Source: a virus. From it: a stretch of DNA of 64,000 bases. Shown piece after piece: positions 10,491 to 19,854 of this stretch. The stretch spans positions 32,001-96,000 of the IMG/VR virus record IMGVR_UViG_3300024518_004461. One strand, 5' to 3'. The notes beneath the pieces were generated by a model that was not told the DNA's origin, did not search any database, and was given only the letters and a program-made list of their open reading frames with translations. The position numbers and the translations under genes are program-made. The number at the start of each line of letters is the position of its first letter. Within the stretch, counting starts at the first letter, position 1.

Positions 10491-12293
10491 CTACTTGATC
10501 GCTCCTTTGATGTCTTGTGCTGGAATCTTTAATTCTAGAATTGCGTTAGTTGGGACTTCGATGTATCTTTCATCCGGTGATGTTTGCCCCTCTATATCAA
10601 AATAAGTATCCGAATAGGACGCTCCTGTTTTTTGAGAAACTTTCACACTCAACACATCTACTAATCCCGGAACTTGTTGCAAAGTTTTATAAATTTCTGT
10701 TATATAAAATGGTTCGCCAATTTCCATTTTCTGTGTTCCAAAGCGATCTCGCAGTGCTTGGGTAGCACGATCTAAAACCAAAAACCTGTTAGTCTCCACT
10801 TCGCCCTTCGCCACAAAGTCTATTCCAATATTAACAATCTTTGCATCTAAAATATCTACCGTGTCGTTTATCATTCTACTTTGATTGATCCAATTTTTTA
10901 AATTATTTTTTATAGAAGAGTTTGCAGTTATTAGATTTCCGTTTATGTCTTCAGAAATTATATACATATTCAAATTTCTCTTGAATGAATCAGGATCTTG
11001 CATTATGCTTACTCTTTTTATTGCTCCGAAATTTGGTGGCATTGAATATGCGATGCTTTTATAGTCTTGGGCTGTAACTGCTCTATTTTGAGAAGCAAAC
11101 GTATCATACATTCTAATCTTTAGATCTTCTGTCGTGGGTATCGTGATGTCTCCAATAATTGGTTCGTCATTATTTATTTCTATAGAATTACGAACATCTG
11201 AAACTAACGCTGAATTTAAGTTTACTACATCCTCAAAGTCTAGGATAGCATTATCAACTTGCGTCAAGGTGTCTGACGTAGCATTGACGTTTCCAATTTG
11301 ATTGGTTCTCAGAATAATACTTAGACTGGTATTAGATGGAGAAACTCCCAACTTATCCGTTCCTAACATATTGGTAGGATCAAATGATGGCTGAGTAATG
11401 TAATCTCTCCCATGTACGTTCAAGATAACTGTACTAGGATCAATATAGGGATCGCTTAAGGTATTAGTGTCCGAACCAGCACCAAATTGTATAAAAGTGG
11501 TGTTAGCGTCTCGCTCGACAATAAAGCGACGAGGAACCGCAAAGGGCTTCAAGAGAGATGGCGTTGTTGCTTTGTTCGCTCCACGGTTTGTGACTGCCTT
11601 AAAAATTACATCTTGCGATAAATAATCTACACCATAAAATTCATTACCTTCTTGGTCAATGATAGAAATAACTTCAGAAACGTCCGGGGTGTCTAGTTGT
11701 AATCTCAAAAATCTTTGGAATGTTCCAATCTCTATTATTTCTTGCGTTCTTCGTCCCGATATCACTTGACCAAAAGACTTGATGGCATAGTGTGTTGGTG
11801 TTCCCGTAGTTTGATCAACGCGAGCGACCACAACATTTAATAGGGGGTCGGTAAAACTCACATCCTGATTTAATAGAAAACCATTTCCATTTTGAGAAGT
11901 GAAAGAACTATTCCTCTTGAGTATGGGAATATACCTTTGGTCCGGTCCAAGGCCCGAGGCATTCGCAGGAACTACTACATAAAAAGTTGCTATACCATAT
12001 GAAGTTGGGTTGCCCTTAAGTTGAAACCCCATTTGCTTTCCCAACTTTAAAACATTGTTATATTCTACCGCAGTATCTACAAAAGACTCGTTAACATTGT
12101 AGTCGAGGTAAAAAGATAAAATATCCCCAACATATGAAACAGTGTCTAGCATAAGAGCACCGAAACCCGCTTCATTAAAATCTTTGAAAGTATTGGGATA
12201 GTATCTTCTGGCATAATCAACCAAGTCTTCCTTAATTGAGTTAAAGTCTCGCGAAGTATATTTTATTGCTGGAAGTGGTTTTTTGTTAGCCAA
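10491..12293 (-). CDS. Baseplate wedge subunit (T4 gp6-like / baseplate J-like)
   Basis: N-terminal RDFNSIKEDL...DFNEAGFGALMLD...ESFVDTA; IQFGAG; QNRAVTAQDY motif typical of the gp6/BplJ family. Confidence 0.85.
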   Translation of the reverse strand: MANKKPLPAIKYTSRDFNSIKEDLVDYARRYYPNTFKDFNEAGFGALMLDTVSYVGDILSFYLDYNVNESFVDTAVEYNNVLKLGKQMGFQLKGNPTSYGIATFYVVVPANASGLGPDQRYIPILKRNSSFTSQNGNGFLLNQDVSFTDPLLNVVVARVDQTTGTPTHYAIKSFGQVISGRRTQEIIEIGTFQRFLRLQLDTPDVSEVISIIDQEGNEFYGVDYLSQDVIFKAVTNRGANKATTPSLLKPFAVPRRFIVERDANTTFIQFGAGSDTNTLSDPYIDPSTVILNVHGRDYITQPSFDPTNMLGTDKLGVSPSNTSLSIILRTNQIGNVNATSDTLTQVDNAILDFEDVVNLNSALVSDVRNSIEINNDEPIIGDITIPTTEDLKIRMYDTFASQNRAVTAQDYKSIAYSMPPNFGAIKRVSIMQDPDSFKRNLNMYIISEDINGNLITANSSIKNNLKNWINQSRMINDTVDILDAKIVNIGIDFVAKGEVETNRFLVLDRATQALRDRFGTQKMEIGEPFYITEIYKTLQQVPGLVDVLSVKVSQKTGASYSDTYFDIEGQTSPDERYIEVPTNAILELKIPAQDIKGAIK

Positions 12294-12319
12294 AATAAAT
12301 TTTCCCCCCTAGGATATAA

Positions 12320-12709
12320 TTAGTTAATTGGTAAAGTTATATCTAATCTATCCGTAAAATCTAACGGAGTGATAATATAGGTCATAGACATATACAAAAA
12401 GTTTGCATCTAGTTCTGGGTTATCTCTTTGGGACGCAAATGAAATCCCTTGAATGTTTATCCAAGGAATATAAACTCCAACTTGCTGAGATATTTTTCCT
12501 GCAATATCTGATCTTACTTGCTCTGATTCTAATTCAAACAAATAGGTTCTCAACCCCACCCCAAAATTTGGGTCCATTATTCTTTCTCCTGGGACAGTTA
12601 AAATAAGCCCTACGAGATTTTGTTTAACAGCCTCCTGAAATGTCTGATTTAATTGATACCCGTTTGTGGCATCAAGTGTTAGCGGTAGGCTTGGTGATAT
12701 TCCTGTCAT
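12320..12709 (-). CDS. Baseplate wedge subunit, gp25/GPW-like
   Basis: VKQNL..LILTVPGERIMDPNFGVGLRTYLFE signature. Confidence 0.9.
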   Translation of the reverse strand: MTGISPSLPLTLDATNGYQLNQTFQEAVKQNLVGLILTVPGERIMDPNFGVGLRTYLFELESEQVRSDIAGKISQQVGVYIPWINIQGISFASQRDNPELDANFLYMSMTYIITPLDFTDRLDITLPIN

Positions 12710-12720
12710 TTTTTTTCTCC

Positions 12721-15700
12721 TTATGATTCGGTTGGGCCAGATGGTTCACAATCTGGTCTTACGAATGGTCCTCCTGTCGGATATTGTTTGGGTGGCGTAT
12801 TGGGTGGGCCATAAAAATTTAAAGCTGCTTCAGTCTGTGGTCCGTAATATCCATCCACCACAATCTTTGCGCATGTCTGAAATTGTCTTAAAAGTTCTCT
12901 ATTGTATAATAGGCGTTCTGATGCTAGAATGTTAGCGTGAACTTCTACCGCCAAATCATAACAGGGCTCTCCGCAAGGTTGTGGAGGGACAACTGGTTTA
13001 TCCGCGCAATCAGGAAGAATAAACGGACCACCACGAGGATATTGTTTTGGTGGAGTATTCGATGGTCCATAGAATTTTAAAGCTGCTTCAGTTTGTGGAC
13101 CGTATAATCCATCCACCACAATCTTTGCGCAGGTCTGAAATTCTTTAAGAAGGTTACGATCATACTGTCGCCTTTCAGTCGCGAAGATATTTAACCATAC
13201 TTGATCAGCCAGCCCTGAACAAAGTTCTTCACAGGGCTCCTCAACTACGGGAGGCTCTGGTACTGTTCCTGTGTCTTGCGCGAGCACTTCAGGCTTTGGA
13301 CAACCATCGACATTATTTGCTTCATCAAGCTTTATCTTTCCTGCACTTTTTTCTTTAATCCTTTTCTTTCTTAGTTCTTTTTCTTTTGGACTCAACAATG
13401 CTCCTGCGGCATCAGTAGCTAAGTATGCTATCCCCATTGGGGTTATGGGTGGACCCAAACCATAGGGCGGGGGAATAATGTTCATTGGTAATGCTAGGAG
13501 TGATGCGGCAAGCATTGGAATGTCTACATCTCCCAAGAGGGCAGCATCATGAATCTTCTTTGCAAGCGCAATGTTTGGATCGGCGGTTTCCGCCATTCCC
13601 TTTAGGATTAAGATAGGTGTCTTTGCCGCCAAGGAAAGCAAGTCGATGCCTGGTATTTCTTCGTTGTTATCCGCTAATGCAGCCAATCCTTTATTACCTC
13701 CTATCTTTTTCATAGTCTCGTTTTCGTATGTTGGATCATTCACATTGAGCATTGTATAAAATGTAGATTTTAATTGCTCTTTGGTGTTCGTGAATAGATT
13801 ATTAACACTTTTATTAAAGGTAAAGTATGTTGAACTATAAGTCATAAGCAAAAATACCATTCGCTTGAGAGGGAAACAATAATCAAACAAAAATTGGAAT
13901 TCTTCTTTGGCAATAAGTTTTTGTGTTAGTTCTTGTGAATAGCTTTGCCAAAAAACTTTCAAATCAGTTAGTTGTGGAATAAATTGCGAAACACTAATTT
14001 GTAGAAGCGAAGAAGGTATAACAGCAGTGACATCCAAAAGTGGTATAGTCTCAATAGCACGGTTTATACTTCGTGGGGGAGCCGTTACTTGTCTAGGACC
14101 ATTAACGGAATAAGTCGTAAACGTTGTCGCAGTTGTAATTTCCTCCTCTATAAGATTATATGCTTTGTACTGAATAGAAGATGCTGAAGGTGGTCTTGTA
14201 GGATCTGGTGCATCAGGGTTGCTCGTAGTAGAAGGAGGCGGAACATAAGTGAGTCTAAGTCCAATAGAAATTGGACCATCAAAGAAATTAGATAAAGGCT
14301 GTGCTTTCTCCTCTGGTGTTTTTGCGGAAAGAATATCCCTAAATCGTTCTAGGCTTATATCCCCCGAATCCCAAGCTATCGACGGATTTGTTTTGTCGGT
14401 TTTAGAAATATATCTCTCTAAAATTATATTACCATCTCCTAAATCGAAACTCTCTCGACTAAGAGCCGATACTGAGATGTTTTCAATTACGTCCGAAGAA
14501 ATATGATTTAAGGCTGTAAGATCAAAAAATCGACTTTCTCTATCGGTTGATGGCAAATCAAATAGAGGAAGCCAATTTTCTAAAAACATTTTTGCCAAAG
14601 ACGAATCAGAAAAATTTACACCAAGGATTTGTAACATTCGACTAATCACTGATCGTAGCTGTTGTGATACCAGATTATCTAGCGCAACTTTTACATCCCC
14701 GGTCTTAGTCCAATCATTTTCTTTGGCAATTTTATTATGATATAGAACTGCTTGAGTCTGAAAATCTATTGAGTATTTCTTATCTAATTTTCCTAGGTCA
14801 TCTATTATAAGGCTTGTAAAATAAGATTGGATGAGAGAATCAATTATTTTACTTTTATCATCTGGGGATTCTAAAGGGAATTTAGATAACACAAAAAGAG
14901 ATCTCAAAGAAAACTCTGTAAGGTACACACGAATAATTGTGGAGATAACTCCGCCGATACTAGCAGCGTCTAATGGGCTTGCCGATTCAGTGGCATCATC
15001 GCTCCGAATTGTTTTTCCACACTTAGATTCTTCAAACTCTTTAATAACCGACTTCTTTATCGACTCTAAATCTAATAAGTGGGGGTCAGGGCAGTGGCAC
15101 TCTTTTTGTTTTAAGGTTAGTTGTGGGGTGAAATCTACAAGAGACAATATATCCCTATTGAAAAAATCTGAAGTTGCTACTTCTTTACCGGCGTCAATGA
15201 AAATATCTTTAAAGGTGGAAGCATAATCTAGAGTATTGATGCTTTTCGCAATTCCCGTTCCATCGTAATATGAATCTTCAACAAATTTCTTAAAATCTGT
15301 TTTGGGACTAAAGGTAGTTGTATTCGCGAAGCCCTCTCTTATCCTCCTGACAGAGTCGATAAGAGGTGCGTTGGCATGAGAAGCATAGGTAAAAATAGTT
15401 GATGCTTGCGATCCCTCTGATCTAACAGACATATTATATCTCTCAACGCTAATGTCGTCGCTGGGTACTGGATCATATGTAATTATGAAATTTGTATTAG
15501 CATTTTGAGAGGCTATATGATCGGTTGATTTCCACTCATTTAGCTTAGCGGCATATTCTGCATTTGAACTATCCAACTGTGTTTTGTTGGGTATGGTAAA
15601 AATAAATTTAGTATCTTGATTTTGCAAAAGAGTATTGCCTTCGGCAAAACTTTCATAGAAACCTTTTAACTCGGGGGCAATTACTTTTAGTGATCCTGAC

Positions 15701-18700
15701 TTTGCTTGTTGTAGAACATTTACTGTTCCAGGGGGCGACAATTTAGGGTCCGATTGCTTTGGTGCCTCCGGCGCATCTGGAATTTCTGTGGGAGCTTCGA
15801 TCTCAACTGTAATTGCATCTGGAAAACTGCGAACTTCTTTATTGAAGCTCATATAGGTTCCATCATAGATCACATCCACTGTCTTCTTTAAAAGATAATC
15901 ATTTATTGGTGGTTCTTTTGGAGCAAGAGATGGTTTTTTTCTACCCGATGGAGTAAGGGTACAATCATCTTCAGGGATGACACCATCCATCAATTTATCT
16001 TGAGCCAATAAGTCAGCGAGTTCGGCAAACTTCTTCTTTTTTCTTTTCTTTGTGCGGGCTAATTGTTTTACAATCTCATCTTCAGGGATGCCTTTTTTTC
16101 TAAGTTCATTTCTTTCATATACTTCTTGAGGCGGATCACAAGCAACTAATAATTCTTTATCGGGATTTGAAGGAAGTGTTTGCTTTGTTAGTTCGGATAT
16201 CTTTTCAGTTAGGAGCACTTTATCCACCATAGTTCCAACATTAGAAAATAGGCGATTAATCTGCGCATCGGATTGCAAAGCGGGCGCAATTTGTGTATAT
16301 CTAGAATCGGAATTGATTATATTCTGGATCGCTCCCAAAACATTACCGGGAGATTCGCCCAATAATAAGCCACCCGTTTGGCCAGGCTTTAGGATTTCTG
16401 ATACATTATCTATTAAGTTTTCTAATGAGTTTGTGACTTGTGCGAATGGAACGTCAGTGGGTAATACGTCCTTTAGACCTCCTACAACTGAATTTTTTAG
16501 TTCTTGCATTTTCTCTGGCGAAAATGATGATTTAGCACTTTCACCAATTAGATTTCCTATATCTAAATCTCCAATCTTTCCTTGCTCGCAAGATTCACAC
16601 ACTGCTTTGATGGTGCTCTTCAAAAGAGACAAGGTAGCTTGAGATATAGCTTCCATGATAGTGTCGGCGATGCCAGTAGAAATACTCGCCAATAAATCAA
16701 CCGTAGGTGACAAGTCTAAATCAATAGTTGGTAATTCAGGTAATTCTCCGATAGGAACCATTTGAAAATTATCAAAATTCATAAGATCAAGTGAGAAATC
16801 TGGTATGTCAATGCCTAACCCATCCTTTACAATTTTCAATAACTTTTCATATAAACTTCCTGCAACATCAGATACATTATCGGCTATGTTGCTTACCAAA
16901 TCAGTAAAATCAATATTTCCTAATTTTCGGAAAATCATTTTCACTTCTTCGCAATCAAGATCACTCAAATTGATACCACTCAATTGTTGTATGTCAAAGT
17001 TGCGACTGTCAAAGTTAATTCCCTGAAGTGTTGTGAAGATATCAGCCATTTGCGAAAGTTTATTTTTTGCTGGTAACAAATTAAAATCTATATCCACTCC
17101 AAAGTCAATAGAGTCTATTTGTGAAGTATCTAGTGTTGATAAAATTTGAAAAGGCGTAATCAACTTCGACCAGTCTATACCACCCATCAAACTCCACTTT
17201 ATGTCTGGTATATTTTGTATATCCTGTGAAAAATCTATACTCCACAATTGCCTCCAAGTGATGGGGGCTCCAACGCCAGGATTAAAATTCAGTTCACAAA
17301 TATTATTAAAAATATTACTTAATTGACTAAAATCAATATTCTTGAGATTGCTTATTATATCCAGAAAGGAAGTGTCTAAATCTAGTGAGACGGACAAACT
17401 ACCAATATCATCTAAATTTATTTGGTTAAGTATTTCAACTACTTGATCAAGAATATCTCCTTTGTCTTGGTCGCATACAGCATAAAGCAAAATATCAAAA
17501 AGATTTTGTCTCTCAAAAAAGGAAACAAGATCTTGAGGACTCCATTGTTCTATAACATCCACGATGTCTTCGATCTGCTGTGGCATTTTTATACTAGTGC
17601 TAGTGATTGTACTCGATGAAGACTCAACGCCAATATAATTGGTTGCTAAATTTATTTCAGGAGTCTTTAGGATCAAATTTAATTGGCTAGCCGGTAAAGC
17701 AGATATAACCGTTCGGGCTTGACTCTTTAGTAAATTTGCTATCTTATCAATTTTCCAGAATTCAGTTATATTAGGTCCACGCTCAATGCCTGTCATATCA
17801 ATTACAGTATCTATAAGGCTCAAAAACATATTACAGTCTAACTGTTTTATGAAAGCCATTAACATGACTTCCTTCAAGTCAAGAATTGGCAAATCTATTC
17901 CAGCGCATTGTGCTGCTTTTTTAATCAAACCCCGCAGACCATATTTATTTAAAATCTCTTGATAGGCTTGAGGTAATGTTTGAATTAGGTCTATGTCGCC
18001 ACAGGGACCAGGCTCGCCAGATGATCGCGAACTATCAGGGTCATCATCCGATAATTCACCGGGAGGCAAAAGTGGTTCACTTGACGGGTTTTTCTTTGGA
18101 CCAATAGTGCTTCCAACAAATTTGGCATCACCTTTATTTTGATTGGAGGCACACTCTCGAATAGTGCAATTCTCATTAAGTTCTTTATCTTCCCAATCTT
18201 TATATGTTTGAGAAACTATCGCATCAACTTTCACATCCGGTAAAGGACACAAAAGAAGTGAGTTTTTCATATCTGGAATACCAGTTGCTTTTGATATTGC
18301 AGCGCAACCGGAAGGTCCGGTCGCGGTTGGGGGTGGTCCTTGTCTTGGGGGTGACGGCTCGCCTTCTTTTATTTCGTCAATTTCATCTTCAGGTGTATCT
18401 TCATCATCACACTCACAACAATCATCTTTTGGTTTTTCTGGTATTGGTTTTTCAAGACCTAGTACAATCTTTAAAACCTTCTTTATATCTGTGCTTGCAA
18501 AACTCGGTAACTCCAACAAAGATAAGACTTCATCAAAAGATATGCGGAAAAGAATAGCATTTTTAAAAGCATCCGTAGAAGCAATATTTTTATCTTCTAC
18601 TGTTATTTTATCTAGGATGTCTACTACTTGAGAAAACTTTTCTAATGCCTCTGATTCTATATTTTCAACAAATAAATTCTGTAAAATAGAGTTGGCGGCA

Positions 18701-18900
18701 CGAATGGTGTCGATGCCTAAAGTTTCGCTCTGAACTAATTCTTTTCCTGTCTTTCCTTGTAAGTTGGTTACAACAGAATCAGAAGTCAATACAGATGAAT
18801 AAAAAAATCCACCACCACCTTGATTAGTGTTAGTTTGCGAACCCCATACCGTTTCTTCGCTTTCCCATTTTGGGGTTATTTTTTGGATTATCTCTGACAT
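12721..18900 (-). CDS. Large 2059-aa virion-associated protein with two C-terminal peptidoglycan-binding-like repeats
   Basis: Baseplate context; C-terminal duplicated FQTCAKIVVDGxYGPQTEAAL units. Confidence 0.65.
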   Translation of the reverse strand: MSEIIQKITPKWESEETVWGSQTNTNQGGGGFFYSSVLTSDSVVTNLQGKTGKELVQSETLGIDTIRAANSILQNLFVENIESEALEKFSQVVDILDKITVEDKNIASTDAFKNAILFRISFDEVLSLLELPSFASTDIKKVLKIVLGLEKPIPEKPKDDCCECDDEDTPEDEIDEIKEGEPSPPRQGPPPTATGPSGCAAISKATGIPDMKNSLLLCPLPDVKVDAIVSQTYKDWEDKELNENCTIRECASNQNKGDAKFVGSTIGPKKNPSSEPLLPPGELSDDDPDSSRSSGEPGPCGDIDLIQTLPQAYQEILNKYGLRGLIKKAAQCAGIDLPILDLKEVMLMAFIKQLDCNMFLSLIDTVIDMTGIERGPNITEFWKIDKIANLLKSQARTVISALPASQLNLILKTPEINLATNYIGVESSSSTITSTSIKMPQQIEDIVDVIEQWSPQDLVSFFERQNLFDILLYAVCDQDKGDILDQVVEILNQINLDDIGSLSVSLDLDTSFLDIISNLKNIDFSQLSNIFNNICELNFNPGVGAPITWRQLWSIDFSQDIQNIPDIKWSLMGGIDWSKLITPFQILSTLDTSQIDSIDFGVDIDFNLLPAKNKLSQMADIFTTLQGINFDSRNFDIQQLSGINLSDLDCEEVKMIFRKLGNIDFTDLVSNIADNVSDVAGSLYEKLLKIVKDGLGIDIPDFSLDLMNFDNFQMVPIGELPELPTIDLDLSPTVDLLASISTGIADTIMEAISQATLSLLKSTIKAVCESCEQGKIGDLDIGNLIGESAKSSFSPEKMQELKNSVVGGLKDVLPTDVPFAQVTNSLENLIDNVSEILKPGQTGGLLLGESPGNVLGAIQNIINSDSRYTQIAPALQSDAQINRLFSNVGTMVDKVLLTEKISELTKQTLPSNPDKELLVACDPPQEVYERNELRKKGIPEDEIVKQLARTKKRKKKKFAELADLLAQDKLMDGVIPEDDCTLTPSGRKKPSLAPKEPPINDYLLKKTVDVIYDGTYMSFNKEVRSFPDAITVEIEAPTEIPDAPEAPKQSDPKLSPPGTVNVLQQAKSGSLKVIAPELKGFYESFAEGNTLLQNQDTKFIFTIPNKTQLDSSNAEYAAKLNEWKSTDHIASQNANTNFIITYDPVPSDDISVERYNMSVRSEGSQASTIFTYASHANAPLIDSVRRIREGFANTTTFSPKTDFKKFVEDSYYDGTGIAKSINTLDYASTFKDIFIDAGKEVATSDFFNRDILSLVDFTPQLTLKQKECHCPDPHLLDLESIKKSVIKEFEESKCGKTIRSDDATESASPLDAASIGGVISTIIRVYLTEFSLRSLFVLSKFPLESPDDKSKIIDSLIQSYFTSLIIDDLGKLDKKYSIDFQTQAVLYHNKIAKENDWTKTGDVKVALDNLVSQQLRSVISRMLQILGVNFSDSSLAKMFLENWLPLFDLPSTDRESRFFDLTALNHISSDVIENISVSALSRESFDLGDGNIILERYISKTDKTNPSIAWDSGDISLERFRDILSAKTPEEKAQPLSNFFDGPISIGLRLTYVPPPSTTSNPDAPDPTRPPSASSIQYKAYNLIEEEITTATTFTTYSVNGPRQVTAPPRSINRAIETIPLLDVTAVIPSSLLQISVSQFIPQLTDLKVFWQSYSQELTQKLIAKEEFQFLFDYCFPLKRMVFLLMTYSSTYFTFNKSVNNLFTNTKEQLKSTFYTMLNVNDPTYENETMKKIGGNKGLAALADNNEEIPGIDLLSLAAKTPILILKGMAETADPNIALAKKIHDAALLGDVDIPMLAASLLALPMNIIPPPYGLGPPITPMGIAYLATDAAGALLSPKEKELRKKRIKEKSAGKIKLDEANNVDGCPKPEVLAQDTGTVPEPPVVEEPCEELCSGLADQVWLNIFATERRQYDRNLLKEFQTCAKIVVDGLYGPQTEAALKFYGPSNTPPKQYPRGGPFILPDCADKPVVPPQPCGEPCYDLAVEVHANILASERLLYNRELLRQFQTCAKIVVDGYYGPQTEAALNFYGPPNTPPKQYPTGGPFVRPDCEPSGPTES
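12745..13240 (-). repeat. Two tandem ~85-aa PG_binding_1-like repeats inside the 2059-aa gene
   Basis: Near-identical DNA and protein units (AKIVVDG(L/Y)YGPQTEAAL.FYGP.NTPPKQYP.GGPF..PDC). Confidence 0.85.
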
Positions 18901-18901
18901 C

Positions 18902-19849
18902 TTAATTCAAATAATGATAACGACTGAAAATTGCTCGCGCTCCTGTAACACATAAGTAATTGGTTTTTATTTTTTCTATATTTTGCTTTTGTGTAACTAG
19001 ACCTGCTTTGGCATTTTGTAAATGATCGACTGCTGTTTTTGCTCCTCTGGCTTGTACCGGAGGAGAGGGCGTCGTGGCTAAACCATGAAATGGGGAAAAG
19101 TGAAAATGATGAGAAACTTCTGCATTCATTAGCATTTGTGCGGATAATAAAGAATCCACAATTCCATTCAACGCACTTACCTGATCTGCCAAGGCTCTGC
19201 CCATATCGGCGACTTGATTTCCTAAGACCATAGGGTGCATATTGCTGTCATCATCTCCAGCGATCATACTTACTCCCTCAACACCATCTATTGTTCCTCC
19301 TTGAGAATTACGAACATCAGTACGAGTCACCAACTTAATTCCCTCACGCGCTATAATTCTAACACCATCAGCCTTTAGTGCAATTGCAGATTTACCGTCC
19401 GAATCTGTAGACTGATTTCCCCCGGCAAGTCTAAAATTTCGATCTATATCGGTTTTTTGGCTTATGTATATTCGGGCAGCATCGTGTTCAAATGAAGGAT
19501 TCACATAGGCTCTTTCATTCCCAATGAAAGAACGAGCTTGAAATCCCCACCGACCAACAACAATATCAATAGATCCGGCTTGAGTATGACCAGCGCCGCC
19601 ATACCCACTAAGACGGGTTGAGGGTCGATCCCTACCTAAAACAATACTGGTGTTGTTTGATCCCTCAATTACTTTTTCAGAATTTGTAGGAATTAGGGTA
19701 GGAACGCCCTCGGTTAATGGATCACCAGCAATACCTTGAGCGCGAATTGTAGAGTCTTTTCCTAACGATTCTAATCGTTCTTTTACACTTGGCTGAATTT
19801 CATTTCGCCCTGATTTTGAAACTGATTTATTCCAATTACTTTCGGTCAT
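18902..19849 (-). CDS. Baseplate central spike-like protein (gp5/gpV C-terminal-like)
   Basis: Beta-strand repeats and a C-terminal HHFH (HxH) apex-type motif; adjacent to the tail lysin. Confidence 0.55.
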   Translation of the reverse strand: MTESNWNKSVSKSGRNEIQPSVKERLESLGKDSTIRAQGIAGDPLTEGVPTLIPTNSEKVIEGSNNTSIVLGRDRPSTRLSGYGGAGHTQAGSIDIVVGRWGFQARSFIGNERAYVNPSFEHDAARIYISQKTDIDRNFRLAGGNQSTDSDGKSAIALKADGVRIIAREGIKLVTRTDVRNSQGGTIDGVEGVSMIAGDDDSNMHPMVLGNQVADMGRALADQVSALNGIVDSLLSAQMLMNAEVSHHFHFSPFHGLATTPSPPVQARGAKTAVDHLQNAKAGLVTQKQNIEKIKTNYLCVTGARAIFSRYHYLN

Positions 19850-19854
19850 TTCTT

